A stretch of DNA of 64,000 nt from a virus. The translations under genes were made by a program, and so were the position numbers. The notes under the pieces are model-generated. The model searched no databases, was not told the origin of the DNA, and worked only from the letters and a program-made list of their open reading frames with translations. The DNA is taken from IMG/VR virus record IMGVR_UViG_3300044858_003284. The stretch is one strand, 5' to 3'. Shown here in pieces: positions 39,002 to 45,591 of the stretch (position 1 is its first letter; every line of letters begins with the position of its first letter).

Positions 39002-39059
39002 CTGGTGGCCTGTCTCCGATGAGGAATGGGAACAGTTGAATTATCCAAAAAGTCGGTAA
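38994..39059 (+). CDS. Possible 21-aa mini-protein
   Basis: MTNWWPVSDEEWEQLNYPKSR*, overlapping the hsp20 stop, with AAGGA upstream. Confidence 0.3.
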   Translation: MTNWWPVSDEEWEQLNYPKSR

Positions 39060-39063
39060 ACAT

Positions 39064-39102
39064 ATAGGGGGTCTTGACAACCCCCTATTCTTGTGATACA
39101 AT
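39064..39102 (+). promoter_or_regulatory. Hairpin-embedded sigma70 promoter (terminator/promoter overlap)
   Basis: ATAGGGGGT-CTTGACA-ACCCCCTAT; TTGACA-17-TACAAT with extended TG. Confidence 0.8.
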
Positions 39103-39112
39103 ATATTATATT

Positions 39113-39295
39113 ATGAAAAAAGTGAAACCAATTATTCGTAAGGTTCGTTCTAAGACGAACTTTGATATCTACTACACTTCTTCTTTATGGGAAAATAAAG
39201 AAATCGAAGGTGTAACTTTTATTCCAGTAACCAAAGATGTTAATACAAAGCAGATTCACTATCTGCGTAAAGATAATGTGGAGTTTGTAAAATGA
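39113..39295 (+). CDS. Small hypothetical protein
   Basis: MKKVKPIIRK...; ATG close to the predicted transcription start. Confidence 0.6.
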   Translation: MKKVKPIIRKVRSKTNFDIYYTSSLWENKEIEGVTFIPVTKDVNTKQIHYLRKDNVEFVK

Positions 39296-39522
39296 GTTTT
39301 TTAAATCAACATCAATTGATTACTAATCAAAAACGAATTTTTGATCCAAAGAATAAGAAAGATGTGGAGTTGTTTAAAACATTTCTTTCAGAGAATAAAT
39401 GGGGTGGGCCTTGTCCATTCTTTTTAGAAGAACCTTATCTAAACATTCCTGATATGCTAAAAGATCGATATATCAGAAGTCAGTTGAATATTCCACAACC
39501 AGTTGTTGAGATGTTAAAATGA
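39292..39522 (+). CDS. Small hypothetical protein
   Basis: 76 aa, ATGA-coupled; RIFDPKN...WGGPCPFFLEEPY. Confidence 0.65.
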   Translation: MSFLNQHQLITNQKRIFDPKNKKDVELFKTFLSENKWGGPCPFFLEEPYLNIPDMLKDRYIRSQLNIPQPVVEMLK

Positions 39523-39692
39523 AATGGTTAAGATATTCTGGTTGTAATATTACATTGAAACTAAATCCGTTTCATTGGAGATTACATTTTAGTAAAGGTA
39601 GTGATAATGATGCATGGGAAATATCGACATCTTATATTGTTGAATTACTACCCATCACAATTCGAATATGGATCGATGACGGATCGTGGTAA
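39519..39692 (+). CDS. Small hypothetical protein (57 aa, not in ORF track)
   Basis: ATGA overlap; MKWLRYSGCNITLKLNPFHW...WIDDGSW*. Confidence 0.6.
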   Translation: MKWLRYSGCNITLKLNPFHWRLHFSKGSDNDAWEISTSYIVELLPITIRIWIDDGSW

Positions 39693-39699
39693 CCAATTA

Positions 39700-39776
39700 G
39701 GGCCGTTAGCTCAGTTGGTTAGAGCAGAGGACTCATAATCCTTTGGTCGTAGGTTCGAGTCCTACACGGCCCACCA
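39700..39776 (+). tRNA. tRNA with CAT anticodon, Ile2 (lysidine) type
   Basis: Full cloverleaf GGGCCGT/ACGGCCC-ACCA; GAGGA-CTCATAA-TCCTT; body resembles bacterial tRNA-Ile2. Confidence 0.85.
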
Positions 39777-39781
39777 AAACT

Positions 39782-40228
39782 ATGAAACAAAAATTTATTG
39801 ACGCTTATATGGATGTGGCAGAAAGATTTGCCAAACTATCATCCGCCAAACGATTACAAGTTGGTGCTATCATTGTCAAAAATGATAGAATCATATCTAT
39901 TGGTTACAATGGTATGCCTGCCGGATGGACCAATGAGTGTGAAGAAGTGGTAGAAATACATGAAGATGGCGGAGTTATCACCAAAACCAAGGACGAAGTG
40001 ATTCACGCAGAGGCCAATGCCATCGCCAAACTGGCTAAAGGCAGTGAATCTGGAGATGGTTCCACCATGTTCCTGACCCATGCTCCTTGTATTCATTGTG
40101 CCAAACAAGTCTATACCGCTGGTATTAAAAAAGTATATTACCGAAAATCTTATCGGGATACCATCGGCCTAGACTTCTTAAACAAATGTGGTGTTGAAGT
40201 AGAACAAATTTCACCTGGTGAAATCTAG
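39782..40228 (+). CDS. cd: dCMP deaminase
   Basis: GYNG, HAEANAI, PCIHC. Confidence 0.93.
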   Translation: MKQKFIDAYMDVAERFAKLSSAKRLQVGAIIVKNDRIISIGYNGMPAGWTNECEEVVEIHEDGGVITKTKDEVIHAEANAIAKLAKGSESGDGSTMFLTHAPCIHCAKQVYTAGIKKVYYRKSYRDTIGLDFLNKCGVEVEQISPGEI

Positions 40229-40278
40229 AGAGCACCTAAATATTTGAGAAGTGTCGGTTTTCACAGGAGAAACCTCAG

Positions 40279-40815
40279 ATGCAACTCAGTATCATCGGAT
40301 GTCCCGATAAGAAACGCTTTCGTCCTTACGTCAGGCGAGCGGCTATGTTTTATGCTGAACAATTAATGACACCAAAGATGTTGGAAAATATCTTTGTTCG
40401 GATTAAGTTTGACTCTAAAATAGACGCTTTAGGTTATGCAGACGTTATTAATTATAATGAAAGCAATAAACCTAGAGAATTTCAGATTGAATTAAATCCT
40501 ATAGCTGGTTCACATGACATATTGGAAACATTAGCTCATGAAATGGTTCATGTTAAACAGTATGCGTATGGTGAAACAAATGAATATGGCACTCGTTGGA
40601 GAGGCCAAAGAATTACCGAAAATATAGATTATTATGATGAACCATGGGAAATAGAGGCATATGGTGTGTCAATCGGTTTGTTTAGTAAATTTGCCATTAA
40701 AGAAAAGTTATGGGAAGTGTTTGCAGATATACGGAATCCGGATGCACCATTATTACCAGAGCCAATAGCATGGCGAAATATACCACAAATATCTATTGAC
40801 AATCAACCTATATAA
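40279..40815 (+). CDS. Zn metallopeptidase-like (HExxH) protein
   Basis: LAHEMVHVKQ ... PWEIEAY; CCTAAATA late-like motif at 40235-40242. Confidence 0.75.
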   Translation: MQLSIIGCPDKKRFRPYVRRAAMFYAEQLMTPKMLENIFVRIKFDSKIDALGYADVINYNESNKPREFQIELNPIAGSHDILETLAHEMVHVKQYAYGETNEYGTRWRGQRITENIDYYDEPWEIEAYGVSIGLFSKFAIKEKLWEVFADIRNPDAPLLPEPIAWRNIPQISIDNQPI

Positions 40816-40824
40816 TGTTACAAT
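40796..40824 (+). promoter_or_regulatory. Sigma70 promoter driving the atypical tRNA-Gly
   Basis: TTGACA-17-TACAAT with extended TG; predicted start about 40831. Confidence 0.8.
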
Positions 40825-40832
40825 CTTTATAT

Positions 40833-40902
40833 GCGGTCGGGGTATAGAACCAGAGTAGGTGTCCAATCTACTCACTTAGTGCGAATCTAAGCCACCGCTC
40901 CA
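40833..40902 (+). tRNA. Atypical tRNA-Gly(TCC)-like RNA, probably non-proteinogenic
   Basis: GCGGTCG/CCACCGC-T-CCA acceptor; GAGTAGG-TGTCCAA-TCTACTC anticodon arm; CTTAG-TGCGAAT-CTAAG T arm; shrunken D arm GGT-ATAGA-ACC. Confidence 0.75.
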
Positions 40903-40920
40903 CTTTCTAAGGACTATATC

Positions 40921-41094
40921 ATGGCAGTTTCAAAAACTAAAAAGAAAAATCCAATGCTGACCAAAAATGGAAAGCCAAGATTAGGACCTTTAAACCTTAA
41001 GCAACTCAATGATATGCTAGAAAAATCTAGCAAGCCAAAAGATAAAGCAAAAATACAAAGACGGATTACAGCATTGACTTCGAAGCCGGTTTAG
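40921..41094 (+). CDS. Small basic protein (57 aa, not in ORF track)
   Basis: AAGGA RBS; MAVSKTKKKNPMLTKNGKPRLGPLN...; stop lies inside the tRNA-Thr 5' end. Confidence 0.6.
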   Translation: MAVSKTKKKNPMLTKNGKPRLGPLNLKQLNDMLEKSSKPKDKAKIQRRITALTSKPV

Positions 41095-41160
41095 CTCATT
41101 TGGTAGAGCAACTGATTTGTAATCAGTAGGTGGTCAGTTCGAATCCGACAACCGGCACCA
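41085..41160 (+). tRNA. tRNA-Thr(TGT)
   Basis: GCCGGTT/AACCGGC-ACCA; ACTGA-TTTGTAA-TCAGT; TTCGAAT T loop. Confidence 0.93.
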
Positions 41161-41766
41161 TTAACTATTTTGAGAAGAAGGATTCATAAAGTTTTCAATT
41201 AATGTTGCAACGTCACCATATTGGTAATCTTCAAGCATTTCAATTACCATATCAACTATTTGAATTTGACGTATAAAGTTTTGCAATTCATTTTCATGAT
41301 TCTTTAATTGATTCTCAGCAAACATCTTTAGTAAATTTTCACCTTGATCATTTTTCTTTTTGATTTTTTTAATTATCTTTTTTAGTCGAAATATATAACC
41401 GTTACACGTATTGATATTATTGTTTATGTTTAGTTTTTCTCGCCTACTTTCATTTTTCATGATGAGTATTAGATCATCAAGATCAGGATTAATATTTGGA
41501 AGTAGATTGAAGAATAAACGGCTGAGTTGTTCTAGAGCTTGATCACGGAGACTTGTACCAGATTCATAATGACCCGTTGTATCATATTTTTTTCTATTGA
41601 CAGGATCACTTAAAACTTCATAGGCGTTTTTTATCTCCTTGAATAATTCAGGATCGCCGCCTTTATCTGGATGATGTTGTTGAGCAAGAGATTTGTATTT
41701 GGCTTTGATTTCTTCAAATGTTGCATTTTTAGAAACGCCTAAGATATCATATAAGTTTTTATTCAT
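41161..41766 (-). CDS. DnaJ (J-domain) protein with C-terminal coiled coil
   Basis: NLYDILGV...HHPDKGG...AYEVLSDP..RKKYD; start re-called at MNKNLY. Confidence 0.88.
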   Translation of the reverse strand: MNKNLYDILGVSKNATFEEIKAKYKSLAQQHHPDKGGDPELFKEIKNAYEVLSDPVNRKKYDTTGHYESGTSLRDQALEQLSRLFFNLLPNINPDLDDLILIMKNESRREKLNINNNINTCNGYIFRLKKIIKKIKKKNDQGENLLKMFAENQLKNHENELQNFIRQIQIVDMVIEMLEDYQYGDVATLIENFMNPSSQNS

Positions 41767-41771
41767 AAATG

Positions 41772-41779
41772 TATTTATA
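41772..41779 (-). promoter_or_regulatory. Late promoter for J-domain gene (probably leaderless mRNA)
   Basis: TATAAATA on the minus strand, 5 nt before the ATG. Confidence 0.6.
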
Positions 41780-42493
41780 ATGAGCTCCATACCAAAGATT
41801 GCACACGTTGCCTGGAAGACCAAAGATGTGGTGAATAGTCAATCACCACTCATTCTTAATGGATTACGTAAACTCATTGATCTGAATCCAGATTGGACGG
41901 TCACCGTATATGATGACAATGAAATTGATGAGTATCTTAGAAACACTTTAAACAAAAGAGATTACAATCTAATTAAAGATATACATATAGTTGAAAAGAG
42001 TGACCTGTGGAGATTATTTAAGTTATACAATGAAGGTGGTCTTTACATGGACATTGATCGTTTTTATAATGTGCCGTTATCAGAAATTGTAACTGATGGT
42101 ATAAAGTGTGTATTACCAACCTGTTTAGATTGGGATTTTTCACAAGACTTTATGTTAACTGAACCAAAAAATCCTATTCAAGCACAAACGATTGAACTGA
42201 TTTTAAAGAGGCGGTATGAAGGCCATAAGAATGTTTTCTTTTTAGGACCACAAACATACATGCACGCATTGACTATGGTAATATTTGGTGAAATGATTAA
42301 TACGAATCCTGGTGTTGAGAAATTTAATGAAATGCGAAAGTACCTAGAGCAAATATCTTTTATTAAAACTTACAGAGAAAGTCCACCAAACGATACGATA
42401 GTTTATAGAGGTGAAAAAATTATTGATTGGGAAAATATAAAAAGACAATTTTACGCTGAATCGAATATTAAACATTGGTCAGGAGAATGGTAA
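41780..42493 (+). CDS. Glycosyltransferase, GT32/DXD family
   Basis: IPKIAHVAW, LNPDW, KSDLWRL..LYNEGGLYMDID, GP motif. Confidence 0.85.
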   Translation: MSSIPKIAHVAWKTKDVVNSQSPLILNGLRKLIDLNPDWTVTVYDDNEIDEYLRNTLNKRDYNLIKDIHIVEKSDLWRLFKLYNEGGLYMDIDRFYNVPLSEIVTDGIKCVLPTCLDWDFSQDFMLTEPKNPIQAQTIELILKRRYEGHKNVFFLGPQTYMHALTMVIFGEMINTNPGVEKFNEMRKYLEQISFIKTYRESPPNDTIVYRGEKIIDWENIKRQFYAESNIKHWSGEW

Positions 42494-43206
42494 TGAGAAC
42501 AATAAAGTTGCCTAGATTATTACAACCATATTATTGTTCTGATTTGATTCGAGTTGGTAAAGACAATGATGGTGGTTACCTTGTTAATAAAAGTGACATA
42601 TTGAAAAGTGAATGTTTGTTATCGTTTGGTATTAATGATGATTGGTCATTTGAAGAACAGTTTCTCAATATTAATAATTGTCCTTTGTATGGTTATGATA
42701 ATTCTGTTAATGATGAAATGCTAAAGGATAAAGGAATATACGAATCACATAAACAGTTTTTTACAGGTACAAAGCAACATATAGCAAAGAATATTGGTAA
42801 AAGAAATTCTGACGAAGAAACAACTTTCGATCAGGTTATGAAAGATAAAGGTGATAATATTTTTCTAAAGTGTGATATTGAAGGTTCTGAATATGACATA
42901 CTAGATAATATAATTATACACACAAAGAAATTTTCTGGCATCGTAATAGAGTTTCATGATATACAAGAAAATTACAAGTTAAATGAAATGGCCAACTTTG
43001 TTAGTAAACTAGACCAAAAGTTGGTTCACGTTCATATAAACAACTACACATATACACAAGTAGGTCAAAATGAATTCATACCGTCTGTTGTTGAATTGAC
43101 TTTTACATCATCAGAAAATATAAAGTTAAAGAAACACATTACTTTTCCTAATTCTTTAGACATGCCAAACTGTCCAGAAAGAGAAGATTTTACCATAATA
43201 TTTTGA
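42493..43206 (+). CDS. FkbM-like methyltransferase
   Basis: RVGKDNDGGY, SFGINDDWSFE, LKCDIEGSEY, IEFH, HVHINN. Confidence 0.8.
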   Translation: MRTIKLPRLLQPYYCSDLIRVGKDNDGGYLVNKSDILKSECLLSFGINDDWSFEEQFLNINNCPLYGYDNSVNDEMLKDKGIYESHKQFFTGTKQHIAKNIGKRNSDEETTFDQVMKDKGDNIFLKCDIEGSEYDILDNIIIHTKKFSGIVIEFHDIQENYKLNEMANFVSKLDQKLVHVHINNYTYTQVGQNEFIPSVVELTFTSSENIKLKKHITFPNSLDMPNCPEREDFTIIF

Positions 43207-43296
43207 CGAAAGGTTGGAGATGTCGGAGCCTCCGAAAATTTTCCGGCGATTTCAAGGTTTCAAATTTTGTTTTTTGATTTTAAGATATATAGTTAT

Positions 43297-43371
43297 AGCG
43301 GGGTAGCTCAGAGGTAGAGCATTGGACTCATAATCCAGGGGCCGTAGGTTCGATTCCTTCCCCCGCAACCA
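43297..43371 (+). tRNA. tRNA-Met(CAT) with initiator-like acceptor stem
   Basis: AGCGGGG/CCCCGCA-ACCA (1:72 mismatch); TTGGA-CTCATAA-TCCAG; TTCGATT T loop. Confidence 0.85.
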
Positions 43372-43384
43372 ACAAGGAGATATT

Positions 43385-43507
43385 ATGACTGAACCAAAAA
43401 AGCCAGCAGTGATTTTACCTAAGCCAAAAACACCATCAGCACCAAAACCAAAACAAACTTTTATTCCTAAGATGACAGTAATGCGAAAGGCAGGCAGAGG
43501 CAGATGA
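43385..43507 (+). CDS. Small Pro/Lys-rich protein (40 aa)
   Basis: AAGGAG RBS; MTEPKKPAVILPKPKTPSAPKPK...GRGR*. Confidence 0.55.
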   Translation: MTEPKKPAVILPKPKTPSAPKPKQTFIPKMTVMRKAGRGR

Positions 43508-43662
43508 CATCCGATTTAGAGAAATATCGTAAACAAGCTATGGAGTTGTGGTTCAGTAATGGTGGTAGTTGCACTGGTGCCACACCGCCAGAGCCAAAAG
43601 ATATTGATGATGCTATTGCTGAAGATGAAGAATTTAAGCGAATAGAGCAACAACAAAAATAA
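43504..43662 (+). CDS. Small hypothetical protein (52 aa)
   Basis: ATGA overlap; MTSDLEKYRKQAMELWF...EQQQK*. Confidence 0.55.
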   Translation: MTSDLEKYRKQAMELWFSNGGSCTGATPPEPKDIDDAIAEDEEFKRIEQQQK

Positions 43663-44364
43663 TTATTTGAGTTTTGCTAGTTTAAGTTTTTCTAATACTT
43701 TGATATAGAACCAACCTATATCTAACTCGAACCATTTCCTACTAAGCTTGGCAGAACCAGCATCAGAATGGTGATTATTATGAAGCTCTTCGCCACCAAT
43801 AATAATACCAATAGGGAAAATATTTCTAGATGATTCTCTCGTTTCAACATTTCTATACCCCCAATAGTGACCGATTCCGTTGACAACACCTGCAGCCCAA
43901 AACGGAATCCATAACATCTGTATTAACCAAACTAATATACCCCAATAACCAAACAAAGCAAAACAAACTAAAAAGTATATTGAAACACCCAAGTAATTTA
44001 AAGGTGTATACAAATTCTTTTCAATAAAATCTTCTGGTGTTCCTCTACCAAATGAATTAATCATCAATTTATCTTTTGCAGCTGTATTGTATAGGAGTGC
44101 ACCACCAAATAAAACTTTCCATATACCAAATAATTGAGGTGAATGTGGATCACCTTTTTGGTCTGTCATGCTATGGTGTTTACGGTGAATTGCTACCCAT
44201 TCTTTTGTGACCATACCTGTCGTTAACCATAACCAGAATCGAAAGAAGTGATTTACTACTGGATGAAATGATACAGATAGATGTGTTTGACTACGATGAA
44301 GATACAGAGTTACGGCGATAATTGTTAGATGAGTTGTTACTAGGACATAGAATAGTTCGTTCAT
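43663..44364 (-). CDS. Delta-9-type fatty acid desaturase
   Basis: His boxes HRSQTH, HRKHH, HNNHH; DPHSP; transmembrane segments. Confidence 0.92.
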   Translation of the reverse strand: MNELFYVLVTTHLTIIAVTLYLHRSQTHLSVSFHPVVNHFFRFWLWLTTGMVTKEWVAIHRKHHSMTDQKGDPHSPQLFGIWKVLFGGALLYNTAAKDKLMINSFGRGTPEDFIEKNLYTPLNYLGVSIYFLVCFALFGYWGILVWLIQMLWIPFWAAGVVNGIGHYWGYRNVETRESSRNIFPIGIIIGGEELHNNHHSDAGSAKLSRKWFELDIGWFYIKVLEKLKLAKLK

Positions 44365-44448
44365 TTGTATAATTTATGAGTGTGTGTGGAAGAAACCAAT
44401 ATCTGAGTATAAGATATACCCAAAAGTCTATTGGATTTGTTATTAACA

Positions 44449-44622
44449 TTACTTATTTAGGTCTTTATAACTGTGTCTACCACAAGTTCTTAAATACTCA
44501 TTTTTACCTTTACTGTTCATATTTTTAGCGGAATAAATTTGAGCAAAATGATTACATCCTCTGACTTGACAAGGTGGAGGTATATCTAAAACAGAAGTGT
44601 TTGCTGTGTTATTTGTTGGCAT
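44449..44622 (-). CDS. Small Cys/His putative Zn-binding protein (57 aa)
   Basis: MPTNN...PPCQVRGCNHFAQ...RTCGRH...K*. Confidence 0.5.
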   Translation of the reverse strand: MPTNNTANTSVLDIPPPCQVRGCNHFAQIYSAKNMNSKGKNEYLRTCGRHSYKDLNK

Positions 44623-44689
44623 ATTCAGCCCACATTAAAAACATTAACAAAACAATTGTTATGATAAAAATTAATGGTTGATCTCTCAT
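44609..44689 (-). CDS. Possible 26-aa single-TM peptide
   Basis: MRDQPLIFIITIVLLMFLMWAEYANK*, ATGA-coupled to the upstream gene. Confidence 0.4.
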   Translation of the reverse strand: MRDQPLIFIITIVLLMFLMWAEYANK

Positions 44690-45126
44690 TTGTATAGTTT
44701 AAAAAAATAAGTTACTAATGCAGCCACAGTTAGACACCACCAAAAAACTCTAGTCATTTTATATCTATCACTATCCATGAATTCCATTTCTTCATCATGT
44801 TCTTTTTTCAATCTCGCTTTGACGGATTCGATTTCAGACCAAGCATTTTTACCATATTTTTGAGTTGCTTCTATTTTTAGTTTATCAATTTCTTTTTGAT
44901 GTCTTTTTTCTGCTTCATATTTTTCAAATGCTTTAAAATCCTGTGATGCTCGCATTAATTCTTGTTGAGCTTTAGTTTGCATCCTTTTACGGTGCTGTTC
45001 CTGAACGGCTCTTTCCATATCGGCTTGTTGGTCAGTAACAACACCACCCAACTGTTTGCCAATATTTTGTGCTTCTTTAAGAGTATTGACTGCAGCTTTA
45101 CCTGCGGCTAAATCAACATTTGACAT
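44686..45126 (-). CDS. Coiled-coil protein with C-terminal TM anchor
   Basis: Helical charged body; VFWWCLTVAALVTYFF. Confidence 0.7.
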   Translation of the reverse strand: MSNVDLAAGKAAVNTLKEAQNIGKQLGGVVTDQQADMERAVQEQHRKRMQTKAQQELMRASQDFKAFEKYEAEKRHQKEIDKLKIEATQKYGKNAWSEIESVKARLKKEHDEEMEFMDSDRYKMTRVFWWCLTVAALVTYFFKLYK

Positions 45127-45590
45127 TATTTGGCCAATGGATTGTCCATTGCTTTCTGAATCTTACTATCAATTTCTTTACGCAAAACACGAATGTCTTG
45201 GTCAATTTCACGGGATAATTGTTTATTGTCCCGTTCTACTTGCTCAACAATCTTTTCCAATTTACGAATATCGTTTTTGATATCGTTCTTAATATCACGG
45301 GTATAATCATTCGTCTTGGCAGATGTTTCTTCTACCACAATTAACCGTTTATCAAACTCAGATAAATCTGGTGCAACATATTTTTCAATCTTCATCTTCA
45401 TATCTTGGTATGATTTGTATACTTCAAATGCACCATAAAGAGCACCAAGTGTAGAAGATACGATTGTAAATGCCACCATAAGTTTGGCAGGAGTAAATTC
45501 GTAGCCACCAATACTGATAACAGTATCTTTACTGGCATATTTCTTAACCGCTGCTTCTGCTTCGTCTATTTTTTTATTAACGTCTGTCAT
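45126..45590 (-). CDS. Single-TM coiled-coil protein
   Basis: LMVAFTIVSSTLGALYGAF TM followed by heptads, ending NPLAK. Confidence 0.72.
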   Translation of the reverse strand: MTDVNKKIDEAEAAVKKYASKDTVISIGGYEFTPAKLMVAFTIVSSTLGALYGAFEVYKSYQDMKMKIEKYVAPDLSEFDKRLIVVEETSAKTNDYTRDIKNDIKNDIRKLEKIVEQVERDNKQLSREIDQDIRVLRKEIDSKIQKAMDNPLAK

Positions 45591-45591
45591 T

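Noticed and set aside
39743-39781. N-terminal extension of dCMP deaminase in the ORF track
   Set aside because: It overlaps the tRNA; the real start is the ATG at 39782.
41693-41823. Overlapping extended starts of the J-domain and GT32 ORFs
   Set aside because: Domain boundaries place the starts at 41766 (-) and 41780 (+), which removes the overlap.
44291-44449. Minus-strand ORF MLITNPIDFW... coupled to the Zn-finger peptide
   Set aside because: It overlaps the desaturase start extensively in another frame; it is possible but could not be supported.
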